The notes: generated by a model from the sequence alone, not told the origin. 64,000 nt of DNA from Patescibacteria group bacterium (GCA_041659905.1 JBAZXK010000001.1:122670-186669), one strand, 5' to 3'; positions 43,216-52,323 are shown, counted from the stretch's first letter. A program made the numbers and translations.

Positions 43216-44184
43216 TCAATTTTTGGATTCTTGGCCGAGTCCGTAAATTATCCAATATAGCAACATAATAGCTGCCAGAGTTTTAGCTAATTGATTGGAA
43301 CCGGGTAATTCTAGGGTAGAATATTTTAATTTAGTGGCGACGATCTTCTCTTCTAATTTAATCAGGCTATGTTGAATAAAATCAGGTTCGGTAGTGTCTT
43401 CAAAAAGCAGTACAAAATATTTTGTCGATGTTTTTGGCGGAAATCCCTGCACGTCATTTCCCATTGCCTCAGCTATAGTGCCTGTAAAGCAAGGCATAGT
43501 CGCAAAAATGTTCAACAAGGATTTAAAAAGATGAGCCAAGCCAATATATGTATTAGAACTGTAAATTAGCAAATGGGTATCCGCTACTAGATCGGCCACT
43601 TTATGACCCAATTTCGGCAGATACATATTTTCGATTTCAGTAACCGCTGCCAATATGTTTTGCCGAGCTTTGGACGATAATACTCCGGCGTTAATAAGAA
43701 TCTGGACAAGAACAGCTAACATTATGCCCCCGTTCATTTTTCCGTTGGTCGGAGCGCGTAATTCGGAGATAGTTTTATCAATGAGAACGAATGGCAAGTT
43801 GTGTTCGCGAGCAAACACCTCTAATTCGCCGCCAGTGGTGATGGCCACCACCTGAGCATGAGCCGCAGAGGCCATTTTGGTGGCCGATAAGACCTCTGGC
43901 CGTTTACCGCAGAGCGATATGGCTATCACCAAGGTTTTAGGGGTAATTCTAGCAGGTAAACCATAACCCGTGTGAATACGAATAGGAACGGTAGTATCAT
44001 TTTCGAACAGATTCTTGACAATTTCGGCTGTGGCAGCATTGTAGCTAAAAGCCGTGATAATAATCTGATCAATATTCTTATCTTTAGATAATTGAATAGA
44101 TTCAGCCATCCGAAATCCCCGCTCGAATTGCTGCGGGTATTTTTTAATTAGATCGTAGATATCCGATTGATTCCAGATTTTCAT
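43216..44184 (-). CDS. SIS-domain protein, PGI/PMI-like, catalytic motifs degenerate
   Basis: GYGLP...LVIAIS, AITTGGEL and overall layout of bifunctional phosphoglucose/phosphomannose isomerases. Confidence 0.7.
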   Translation of the reverse strand: MKIWNQSDIYDLIKKYPQQFERGFRMAESIQLSKDKNIDQIIITAFSYNAATAEIVKNLFENDTTVPIRIHTGYGLPARITPKTLVIAISLCGKRPEVLSATKMASAAHAQVVAITTGGELEVFAREHNLPFVLIDKTISELRAPTNGKMNGGIMLAVLVQILINAGVLSSKARQNILAAVTEIENMYLPKLGHKVADLVADTHLLIYSSNTYIGLAHLFKSLLNIFATMPCFTGTIAEAMGNDVQGFPPKTSTKYFVLLFEDTTEPDFIQHSLIKLEEKIVATKLKYSTLELPGSNQLAKTLAAIMLLYWIIYGLGQESKN

Positions 44185-44211
44185 TTAGTTAAAGCGTTTG
44201 AAAGTGATAGA

Positions 44212-44289
44212 TTCCTCCCCTTACGGAGGGCCTGCCTGCCGGTAGGCAGGGAGGTTAGGAGGGGAGTTAACACTAAACCCCTACCCCTT
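44212..44289. repeat. CCTCCCC-family element with a nested 20-bp palindrome (44231-44250)
   Basis: ttcctccccttacggaggg[cctgcctgccggtaggcagg]gaggttaggagggga. Confidence 0.85.
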
Positions 44290-44324
44290 AAATACTAGAT
44301 GTTAACCCCTAGATGCTGTGCGGT

Positions 44325-45188
44325 TTACTTGGCTAAAGCGCGGAGTAATCTAATGTCTTGAATGTCCAGTCTGGGATCCCCCGTCCGGGGAGTTTCCAGA
44401 ATCAGTGGACGTTCCCTGATGATTGGATTAGTCAGTAAGGCCCTAATTCCTTCTTCGCCGATAAACCCTTTGCCGATATTCTCGTGCCGGTCTTTTTTAG
44501 AGCCCAGATCAAACATGGCGTCGTTCATATGGATAAAGGCAAGATGTTCAAGACCTATTAGTTTATCAAATTTATCGAGCATCTGGGAAACATCTTTGGG
44601 AGTACGCAAATCTATCCCGGAAACAAACATGTGACAGGTATCTAAGCAGAATCCAAATCTTTTTTTAGTTTTTAAGCCTTTCCAGATAGCTCCTAGCTCT
44701 TCGATAGTATCCCCGATCTTATTCCCCGCCCCGGCATCACTCTCAATAATCAGCCGAACCGGCCATTTTTCATCAGTTAATTCAGCTAAACGATTAAGAG
44801 TGGCAACAGCGTTTTTGATACCCGGCTTATCCCCGTCTTGATTACTGCCGCAGTGAAAATTATAACCGTCGGCACCGATTTGATAAGCGATCTTAGCCTC
44901 TTCTTTGAGTTTTTTGAGGCTGAGATTGCGCAAAACATCTCGGTTGCTGGCCGGGTTGGGTAAATACGCGGCATGGACTAAAACTTTCTCTACGCCCGAG
45001 CGATGCCAGGCCGTCCTGAAATCGGCTGCCTCCTGATCGGTGATTTCCGGTGTTTCCCATCTTTGGGGTGGGCCTACGAAAATTTGAATAACATCGCAAT
45101 CTAATAATTCAGCTTCTGCAAATGCGCCAGGCAGCCCGCCGGCGATAGACACCTGGTAACCAGCTTTGATTTTATTCCCCATTGTCAT
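44325..45188 (-). CDS. nfo: Endonuclease IV
   Basis: QIF..P, VHAAYL.N, CLDTCH.F.SG.D, HMND....GSKKDRH.NIG.G.IG, ILETP. Confidence 0.93.
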   Translation of the reverse strand: MTMGNKIKAGYQVSIAGGLPGAFAEAELLDCDVIQIFVGPPQRWETPEITDQEAADFRTAWHRSGVEKVLVHAAYLPNPASNRDVLRNLSLKKLKEEAKIAYQIGADGYNFHCGSNQDGDKPGIKNAVATLNRLAELTDEKWPVRLIIESDAGAGNKIGDTIEELGAIWKGLKTKKRFGFCLDTCHMFVSGIDLRTPKDVSQMLDKFDKLIGLEHLAFIHMNDAMFDLGSKKDRHENIGKGFIGEEGIRALLTNPIIRERPLILETPRTGDPRLDIQDIRLLRALAK

Positions 45189-45441
45189 TAGTTAAAGGAG
45201 ACACTATTTCTACTTCTTTTTCTATGTGCTCTTTAATAGAATTCACAGGATCTTTTTTCTTATCTAATCCTATACCGGGTATTATTGCTGGCAATTGCCA
45301 TATATTCGGGTCACTCTCTACTTCGGTTTTTATGGAACCATCCGAAGCTATCTCGCATCGGCCCGGTTTTCCTGTGACCCATACGCAATCATCGCTTGGG
45401 TTGTTCTGATCGGGCTGGTGTGGTGGCCCTTCCATGTTCAT
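45172..45441 (-). CDS. Hypothetical protein
   Basis: TAAACT 6 nt before the ATG; overlaps the nfo start. Confidence 0.55.
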   Translation of the reverse strand: MNMEGPPHQPDQNNPSDDCVWVTGKPGRCEIASDGSIKTEVESDPNIWQLPAIIPGIGLDKKKDPVNSIKEHIEKEVEIVSPLTNDNGE

Positions 45442-45499
45442 ACCTTTAGTTTACCAAAATAAATCGGGCCGATATTGTATTATATAAACGCATCCTAAT

Positions 45500-45574
45500 G
45501 GCGCTATCGTCTAGTGGTTAGGACGCCAGGTTCTCATCCTGGTAACCGGAGTTCGAATCTCCGTGGCGCTACCA
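45500..45574 (+). tRNA. tRNA-Glu(CUC)
   Basis: Cloverleaf; anticodon arm ccagg-ttCTCat-cctgg, GTTCGAATC T-loop, encoded CCA. Confidence 0.95.
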
Positions 45575-45604
45575 CTCCTATCTTAATTATAAGAAACTAG
45601 CCGT

Positions 45605-45641
45605 AAATCAAAACCGCCTCTTTGTGAAGCGGTTTTGATTT
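45605..45641. terminator. Bidirectional terminator
   Basis: aaatcaaaaccgc-N11-gcggttttgattt. Confidence 0.8.
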
Positions 45642-45657
45642 TATATCGAAATCGGAG

Positions 45658-45855
45658 TTACTTCTTCTTTAGGATTGGCAAACCAGTACGAGAGCTCTCT
45701 ACTACTTTATAAAGAGCGGGAACTTCATTTTGGGCACCAACGCCAGCAACTTTTGCAAAGTAATAAATCATCTGTTTGCGTCCACCTTTAAGGGTGACGT
45801 TCTTGCCGTGCAAGAAATAGGTTTTGCCCTTACTGTTGCGATAGCTAAAAGACAT
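45658..45855 (-). CDS. Small basic conserved hypothetical protein
   Basis: SYRNSKGKTYFLH...IYYFAK...VVESSRTGLPILKK; AGGAGG SD. Confidence 0.8.
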   Translation of the reverse strand: MSFSYRNSKGKTYFLHGKNVTLKGGRKQMIYYFAKVAGVGAQNEVPALYKVVESSRTGLPILKKK

Positions 45856-45948
45856 ACGACCTCCTGATTAACCAATATATTACTACTTAAATTGTAACAC
45901 CTTAGCCCTCCTATGTGTAGGAGAAAGTTTTCCCCATTGTCAAAGGGA

Positions 45949-46458
45949 CTATAAAGTAGCTTCTCCGGGCTGCCAATCAGCTGGGCACATTTTCCCAGTC
46001 TGGAGAGCGGCCAAAACTCGTAACAACTCTTGAGTGCTGCGGCCGACATTCTCACTTATGGTCATGCTATATCTGATATTACCTTCAGGATCGATAACAA
46101 CCGTACCGCGCAGAGCAGTTCCCTCACTTTCTATAAGAAGGTTGTAATCTCGGCTAGTCCGTTTATGGAAATCACTCAAAAGGACAATATCCAGCCCGCC
46201 CAATTCTTCCGCCCATTTCTGATGGGCATATACACTATCCACACTGATTCCCAGCACGACACTGTTAACTTTCTTAAAATCGTCAGCCTGACTGTTTAAG
46301 CTAGTAATCTCGGTGGGACAGACATAAGTAAAATCGCCGGGATAGAAAAATAGCACTATCCACTTACCCTTGAACTCTTTTAGACTGTAATCTTTAACTT
46401 TGTTTTTGAAATATCCCTTAAGGATAAAATCGGGCGCCTTGTCTCCTATTTGTAACAT
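45949..46458 (-). CDS. ahpC: 2-Cys peroxiredoxin
   Basis: FYPGDFTYVCPTE and resolving CPADW. Confidence 0.93.
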   Translation of the reverse strand: MLQIGDKAPDFILKGYFKNKVKDYSLKEFKGKWIVLFFYPGDFTYVCPTEITSLNSQADDFKKVNSVVLGISVDSVYAHQKWAEELGGLDIVLLSDFHKRTSRDYNLLIESEGTALRGTVVIDPEGNIRYSMTISENVGRSTQELLRVLAALQTGKMCPADWQPGEATL

Positions 46459-46496
46459 GTCTCACCTCTAGATTAACCTATTAATTATCTGCGATA

Positions 46497-46527
46497 GTCC
46501 TCCATAGCTCGCAGAGCGAAGGACGGA
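46497..46527. repeat. Short imperfect palindromic element
   Basis: gtcctccatagctcgcagagcgaaggacgga. Confidence 0.45.
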
Positions 46528-46601
46528 ACTCTATATCATAGTATCAGGTCAGGTTTTGTCAAAACTAAAAACTCGCCCTAGGTAGGGCGAGCAACTATGA
46601 A

Positions 46602-47498
46602 TCAATCAACTAGCCGTAGATCTGGCCAGCCGGCCTGCCAGTCGGTTCTTAATTCTGCAGTAAGATATCTTTCGGCCTCAAAAATCGATGGCTCTGCATT
46701 GTTTGCAAAGTATTCTGTCAAAATTACATCTACATCACTGAAGAAGTGATCTCTTTGCCTAGCGGGAAGTTCTTTTGTGTTATGGCAGTATTGTCTCCAT
46801 GCCCTATCATCATAGAGTCGGTCCAACGGCAGCCACTGCCACATCTGTCGGTTAAAGGGTAGCAACTGAAGATCTTTAGTAAGTTCTGCAGAAGAAGGAA
46901 CAATAAAATTGTCGCTCACTTCCAAAGATCCCAAGGGACTGCCCAAGACATGGTAAATTATACCGGTTATCATTACATTTTTTGTATAATCACTATATCC
47001 TGCTGGCAATTCCTCAAAAGTGGGGTAATAATTAAGCAAATCCTTGTCACTGATCGCTGTATTAACTACACAATGGGGCACTGTGGCATTAGGGATTACT
47101 ACCATGCGAAAATCCGCATATTGCAACGCAGGAAATGATACACCGTTATGATTGGAATTGCGAACAAATAACTCAGGATTTCCGTTGAGTTTGGTGTAAT
47201 ATCTCTGAGTTGGAGGCTTGATTGCCCCTGACTCCAACGAGATAACACTAAGTGCGCTAACTAGGATTAAACATATCAATAATACAGTGCTGTCGCGGAA
47301 CAAAACCCAAGCAAGCTCTAACAGAAGATACGGACGATCTTCTCTGTCGGTTGTACCAAGAGAATTAACAGCGCCAGAAATCCGGCGGATTTCGTTGGGG
47401 AGTATGCGGCGCGCTATGACAATCGTAATAATAACGACCGTAATAGCACCCAGCCACGATAATACCCAGTAACTCCAAAATAGGACATCGCTATTCAT
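46602..47498 (-). CDS. Orphan membrane protein, paralog A
   Basis: Two N-terminal TM; shares QWLP..R..D...W, FF and LR.DW..PD..LV with 47741-48490; own promoter, SD and terminator. Confidence 0.75.
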   Translation of the reverse strand: MNSDVLFWSYWVLSWLGAITVVIITIVIARRILPNEIRRISGAVNSLGTTDREDRPYLLLELAWVLFRDSTVLLICLILVSALSVISLESGAIKPPTQRYYTKLNGNPELFVRNSNHNGVSFPALQYADFRMVVIPNATVPHCVVNTAISDKDLLNYYPTFEELPAGYSDYTKNVMITGIIYHVLGSPLGSLEVSDNFIVPSSAELTKDLQLLPFNRQMWQWLPLDRLYDDRAWRQYCHNTKELPARQRDHFFSDVDVILTEYFANNAEPSIFEAERYLTAELRTDWQAGWPDLRLVD

Positions 47499-47513
47499 AG
47501 CGTGCCTCCTTAA

Positions 47514-47578
47514 TTTTCAATAGTGTCAGGCGCATTTACCTGTAGGGTCAGAATAGCAGAAAAACCGCTCCCAGTCAA
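47514..47578 (-). repeat. Duplicated promoter/leader, copy 1
   Basis: TTGACTgggagcgg..TATTCT..caggtaaatgcgcctgacactattgaaaa; near-identical to 48528-48592. Confidence 0.9.
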
Positions 47579-47740
47579 GGTTTTGTATATATTACGTTGT
47601 TTCAGGCTAGATCTGAGATCTTAAATTTCTATATTGGAGGGGCACCACTCAGCCAGTTGATAGAACACCTCAATCCCAATTAAAAACCCGCCCGTTAAGG
47701 CGAGGTTTTCTTCTATACTGCTAGTAGTGATGTGCAAATA

Positions 47741-48490
47741 TTACCAGTTATTGCTCTTACTCACGAGCGTAAAATCTGGCATATACCAATCGTGCCTCAA
47801 GCTTGTTATGATAGCCTGCTTGGCGGCTTCAGTGGTGGGTTGGGTAATTGTTGTGCCAAGATAATCTTGGAATGCCACTGTTGCTTGATTGAAGAACATA
47901 TTTTCTTGAATAACCACGAGGTCATTGTTGTGTTCTTCCTTGGCGTACCATTGTTGATTATCTCGAAATCGTTCCCAAGGCAACCACTGAAAACCACTGC
48001 GCTGGTGTTCCTCTAAAGCAAGAGAAACAAAGGAGTCATCTCCTTCAAGGAGTCGCTGGGAAAATGGTTTGAAAGTAACTATTATCTCGGCATAGTAAGG
48101 ATCTTCTGATGTCCCTTCGAGGAGAAATCTGCGAGTCACTTCAACCGTGGCATAGCGCTTAATGTAATGGTCCGGCTCTATGGGGTTAGATATCATTACC
48201 CCTTGGCTGTTCCTTTGATAAACATAACCGAGTACCGTTGATGTGTCAGCAATAGATAGAGGAGCTGCTGAAGATAAGGGTAGCCCGATAATAGGGATGG
48301 CCTTAGTAGAATTATCAGGTTGGAACAAAGAAAGTGAACCACCGAACAGTAGTGCATATCCCCATAATCCAGTCAGTGCAAACATTAGGCCTCGCCAACC
48401 CCGATCGCGCATTACCACACCAATAATAATGAATACCACTGGCATTATCCATAGGATGTAGAAAAAACTAAATTCTATGTTTTCGAGCAT
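47741..48490 (-). CDS. Orphan membrane protein, paralog B
   Basis: Same motifs as paralog A; AAGGAG SD; terminator at ~47682-47709. Confidence 0.75.
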   Translation of the reverse strand: MLENIEFSFFYILWIMPVVFIIIGVVMRDRGWRGLMFALTGLWGYALLFGGSLSLFQPDNSTKAIPIIGLPLSSAAPLSIADTSTVLGYVYQRNSQGVMISNPIEPDHYIKRYATVEVTRRFLLEGTSEDPYYAEIIVTFKPFSQRLLEGDDSFVSLALEEHQRSGFQWLPWERFRDNQQWYAKEEHNNDLVVIQENMFFNQATVAFQDYLGTTITQPTTEAAKQAIITSLRHDWYMPDFTLVSKSNNW

Positions 48491-48527
48491 GAATTGACTC
48501 CTTGCGTTTTATGCCCGCTGGGCAAAA

Positions 48528-48592
48528 TTTTCAATAGTGTCAGGCGCATTTGCCTGCAGAGTTAGAATAGTATAAAACCCGCTCCCAGTCAA
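48528..48592 (-). repeat. Duplicated promoter/leader, copy 2
   Basis: TTGACT-17-TATTCT and the same leader as copy 1. Confidence 0.9.
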
Positions 48593-48626
48593 TATTTTAA
48601 TGTAACTTCTCCTTCCAGGCCAGAGG

Positions 48627-48698
48627 CGATTTTGCTCGGAGGGTAATATTATTCTTCGCCTGCCCGTGCCGGACTTGAGCGGCCAGGGAGTGAAATCG
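48627..48698. repeat. Palindromic element with a nested CCTGCC..CAGG insert (48659-48687)
   Basis: cgattttgctc..ttcg[cctgcccgtgccggacttgagcggccagg]gagtgaaatcg. Confidence 0.65.
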
Positions 48699-48709
48699 AG
48701 AAGTACTTT

Positions 48710-49462
48710 TTAGAGCTTATTTATTGGTAAAACAACCTCACGGATTTTGATTTTGGTGGGGAGAGCGGAAGTGGGGTTAAATTTTAAGAGTTGGTTAATA
48801 GTCAGGGGTATAGAAACCAGGCCAGTAGCCGGGTGTACGGAATAGGGGCTTCGGATCATCCCGTTTTTATGAATAATTTGTTCATCGAGTAAGATTGACT
48901 TGGCGGTAGTTTTGTCGGTGGAGCTGGTGGTAATAATCGGATTTTTCTTTAGAATAATTTTATAAAATTCGCCAGCATGTTTTGTTTGTAAGATTGTTTC
49001 CAATTCTGCTGCAAATTGTCTAATCTGTTTCCTGAATTTCAGCCAGTCCGGCTTCACATCACCTAGGCTCCACATAAAGTGAAATCCCCGATTACCGGAG
49101 AACTTCAGTAGATATTCAATGCCCTTTTTATCCAATAATTTCGCCATTTCGTAAGCGGCCAATTTAACCAAATCAAACATTTTATCTGTGCGCGCATCCA
49201 AATCCATCACAAACCAAACATCTTTTTCTCCTAATAGATGCGGATGGAATGAATAAGTGTGTAATTTCGCCCAAGCGATAATGTCTTTCGGACTATTTAG
49301 AGTAATCCAGCCGGATTTATCCGGTAGACCTTTGGCGCCATGCCGGCGATATAAAATATTCTTGTCAAAAACCTGTTGGACAGCGATTTTTCGATTCCGC
49401 AAAAATGGCCATGCTGCTGGCACCGCTTTTCCCCAATAATCTACTAACCAAGGTATCGGCAT
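48710..49462 (-). CDS. LigD polymerase-like AEP primase-polymerase
   Basis: VMDLDA, KFSGNRGFH, LLD, RSPYSVH motifs. Start moved to ATG 49462. Confidence 0.85.
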   Translation of the reverse strand: MPIPWLVDYWGKAVPAAWPFLRNRKIAVQQVFDKNILYRRHGAKGLPDKSGWITLNSPKDIIAWAKLHTYSFHPHLLGEKDVWFVMDLDARTDKMFDLVKLAAYEMAKLLDKKGIEYLLKFSGNRGFHFMWSLGDVKPDWLKFRKQIRQFAAELETILQTKHAGEFYKIILKKNPIITTSSTDKTTAKSILLDEQIIHKNGMIRSPYSVHPATGLVSIPLTINQLLKFNPTSALPTKIKIREVVLPINKL

Positions 49463-49476
49463 AACTCTTCTCTTTT

Positions 49477-49551
49477 TGTCATCCTGAGCGGAACAACAGT
49501 GGAGTCGAAGGATCTCCTCCACTAGATTCCTCGACCTCGCTCGGAATGACA
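49477..49551. repeat. Palindromic element, GTCAT..ATGAC family
   Basis: tgtcatcctgagcg...cgctcggaatgaca. Confidence 0.9.
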
Positions 49552-49561
49552 ATAATAGATA

Positions 49562-50593
49562 TCAGTTCTCTTTAATAACTAATCTAGATGGTTTATCCAC
49601 TCGCAATCCCATATATACCGGTTGGCGCAGGATATTGTCTTTAGTCCATTCGCCAAAGGCAAATTCCCCCACCAGCCGCGGTTTGAGCCAGATAACAGTT
49701 TCATTTCTGGTTACCATACTCCCTCCCCTCCTAACCTCCTCGCCTAGCCGGCGAGGCTGGCCCTCTGCAGGGGAGGATTTTTTGGAGATGTCGACAAATG
49801 GAGATTTGGTGGATTTAAGTTTTAAGAATTTCTGCTTGAGCTCGCCACGCTCTGTATCAGTAAAACCAGTGCCGACTTTTCCGGCATAAACTAACTTCTT
49901 ACCCCGGTAATAACCCACCAAAACCGCTCCGAAAGTAGTTTTAGTCTTACCCTGACCGGGAGTGTAGGCCCCGATGACAAATTCCTGTTGGTTGTGGGTT
50001 TTGATCTTCACCCAATCACCGCTCCGCCTACCTTCTTGGTAGCGACTATCTATTCTTTTACCGATAATGCCCTCCCAGTGTTTTTGCTTAGCTTTTTTAA
50101 AAAGAGAGATGCCGTCGCTAGATAATGGTGCTAAATAATATAAAACCCCGAGTATGTAGGGTGGGTGAGGCTTGAATAGTAATCTAAGCTTTTCTTTACG
50201 CTCCAGCAGAGATTTAGTTTCCCAATTCTTGCCGTCATAATTTAGCAAATCAAAGGCCAAGTAGGCTGCCGGAACCCTTTTAGTCAGCTTGGCAATTTCA
50301 TGAGGATCGGTTTGACCAATGCGCGGCTGCAGAGCCTGAAAGCTACTAATACCTTTGCGAAAAGCGGTGATCTCACCATCTAGCACCAACTGTTTGGGAG
50401 ATAATTTCTTAATGGCTGCAACAATTTCCGGAAATTGTTTTGCCTTGTCTTTATTGTTTCGCGTCAGCAGTCTAACTTTTTCTCCGGTTTTAATTGCAAT
50501 AATCCGCATCCCGTCAATTTTATGCTCAAAAACCCACTCCTTGCTCTTGAAGGGTTTATCAACCAACCGGCAAAGCATCGGAGCGTATTTCAT
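49562..50593 (-). CDS. ligD: ATP-dependent DNA ligase (LigD ligase domain)
   Basis: FEHKIDGMR motif I, LDGEI, AFDLL, EGIIGK, GRRSGDWVKIK, VGTGF. Confidence 0.9.
   Translation of the reverse strand: MKYAPMLCRLVDKPFKSKEWVFEHKIDGMRIIAIKTGEKVRLLTRNNKDKAKQFPEIVAAIKKLSPKQLVLDGEITAFRKGISSFQALQPRIGQTDPHEIAKLTKRVPAAYLAFDLLNYDGKNWETKSLLERKEKLRLLFKPHPPYILGVLYYLAPLSSDGISLFKKAKQKHWEGIIGKRIDSRYQEGRRSGDWVKIKTHNQQEFVIGAYTPGQGKTKTTFGAVLVGYYRGKKLVYAGKVGTGFTDTERGELKQKFLKLKSTKSPFVDISKKSSPAEGQPRRLGEEVRRGGSMVTRNETVIWLKPRLVGEFAFGEWTKDNILRQPVYMGLRVDKPSRLVIKEN
49718..49778 (-). repeat. CCTCCCC-family element with a nested 22-bp palindrome, in-frame in ligD
   Basis: Minus strand tcctcccctgcagaggg[ccagcctcgccggctaggcgag]gaggttaggagggga. 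Confidence 0.85.
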
Positions 50594-50653
50594 ATCTTCG
50601 CACCTTCATTATACAGAATACAGACAAAACAAAGCGAGAAGAATTACGTAATT

Positions 50654-50677
50654 AAATATATATTTAAATAAATACTT
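50654..50677. repeat. AT-rich palindrome, degenerate copy
   Basis: aaatatatatttaaataaatactt; 22/24 match to the 59021 copy. Confidence 0.6.
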
Positions 50678-50706
50678 AGCTTTACACTAAAAAAGCCAGC
50701 GGCAGG

Positions 50707-52323
50707 TTAGTCTTTCGGAAGAGTGCCGGTGCAGGTAATGTCAGCACCTGGCAAATCTTCTTTTAGCTGGTCGCAATCCTCCGTAGTTACTCCCCGTCCA
50801 GACAGTTTTAATGTGGATAGTTGTTTCAAATTAAATAATGGGGAAATATCTAACGCTGGCAATAAACTGCTGGTTCCTGACGGTAAACGCAAACAGCCAG
50901 GGCCGGACTCTCTCAGGTCAACCGCTTTTAATTTAGCGGAATAAAGAAAAGATCGGATAGAGGTGAGGGGTGATCCCCGGAATGAAACGGTATTCATCTG
51001 CGGGAAAGGCAAATCTTTAACTTCTAACTGGTCGTTCATATTAGGAGCTAGGCTGGCAGTAAAATCCAGACCCACGGGGCTCTTTAAGCAATCAGCGAAC
51101 AAATATCGCAGTTTCTTAAACCAGAGCGTCGCTGAAATAGAATCGAGATCATTGCCACTGACATCTAGCCACAACAGGTTGTGCAGATTCTCGACTACAT
51201 CCAATTCAGTGGCATTGGTAGATGACATCGACAAAATCTGGATATTTTCCAGCGGTTTTAGGGCAGAAAAATCAACGTGTCCAAAATTATCCACGGCTTG
51301 CACATTGCCGATAGTCAGAATGCGCAACTTGCTTAGCGCTGATATGGGAAATAAGTTAACTTTCGGGGTAAATGTATAAATTAGTTTTTGACTCACTTCA
51401 AACCCGGCCGCAGCGCTATCGGCATACGGCATCCACGAGTAGCTGCCATACCCCCCGACATTGCCGCCCTGATTTATGCTGGAGCCTTGGGCGCTCACAG
51501 AAGGGATTTGCAGCGCTTCCAGGCAAGTCAGATTTTTGATAGCAGCGAGAGCGCTATAATTGTTGTCGCGAAAATCTCCGGGAATTTTTACCCTGGATTG
51601 TTCCTTTACTCTATAAGAATTTTTATTTACAAAAACCGGTAATATCGATGGGCCACTGTAATTTTTAAGAGAGAGATCTCCTGCTTTGGGAAGTAAATTA
51701 CCTAGATCTGTTCCAGGCCCGAATGGCAAAAAGGTCTGCGGATATTCGGACACCTCAGCCGGGATATAAAATATTTCCGAAACCGTATCGCCAGAAGAAC
51801 TCCTAGCTCCCGATGTTAGTTTAATAGTGTCATTAGGATAATATTCGCCGTAACCTTTGTTATCGGGCAATTCATAGAAAGCTCGGCAGGCCGGATAATA
51901 TACCCTTTCCGTGGACGAAGTTTCCGTGATCTCGCCGGTTATGGGATCAGTAATTTTTTTGGTATGAGTTTCTTCTTTCCAATAAGATTTCTTTTTGCAA
52001 TTCTCCCACCACACCGCTGCCGAAAACTTTATTTTACTGGGGCCGTCTAGACCGATTAATCTCTTACTAAACAGGCCGTCTTCTTTAAATTGCCCCGACA
52101 AATCCGTGAGTTCCGTGCTCATTTCGTGATGAAGCAGAGGATTGTATTTAACGTATTCGGTAGCGTAATCCGAATTAGAGCATAATAATTTTTTGTTTTC
52201 GGCTAAGCGTTGATAAAGCCAGGAATTTAAAATCTTTTCCTGCGTGATCGGCGGTTTAATGGAACAACCCGATAAAATAATCAGGAAAGTTACTGTCACT
52301 ACGGCTGGCCACCACTTCTTCAC
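50707..52323 (-). CDS. Lipoprotein with C-terminal leucine-rich repeats
   Basis: Lipobox ILSGC; LRR units such as LENIQILSMS, LHNLLWLDVSGN, LKQLSTLKLSG. Confidence 0.75.
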   Translation of the reverse strand: MKKWWPAVVTVTFLIILSGCSIKPPITQEKILNSWLYQRLAENKKLLCSNSDYATEYVKYNPLLHHEMSTELTDLSGQFKEDGLFSKRLIGLDGPSKIKFSAAVWWENCKKKSYWKEETHTKKITDPITGEITETSSTERVYYPACRAFYELPDNKGYGEYYPNDTIKLTSGARSSSGDTVSEIFYIPAEVSEYPQTFLPFGPGTDLGNLLPKAGDLSLKNYSGPSILPVFVNKNSYRVKEQSRVKIPGDFRDNNYSALAAIKNLTCLEALQIPSVSAQGSSINQGGNVGGYGSYSWMPYADSAAAGFEVSQKLIYTFTPKVNLFPISALSKLRILTIGNVQAVDNFGHVDFSALKPLENIQILSMSSTNATELDVVENLHNLLWLDVSGNDLDSISATLWFKKLRYLFADCLKSPVGLDFTASLAPNMNDQLEVKDLPFPQMNTVSFRGSPLTSIRSFLYSAKLKAVDLRESGPGCLRLPSGTSSLLPALDISPLFNLKQLSTLKLSGRGVTTEDCDQLKEDLPGADITCTGTLPKD

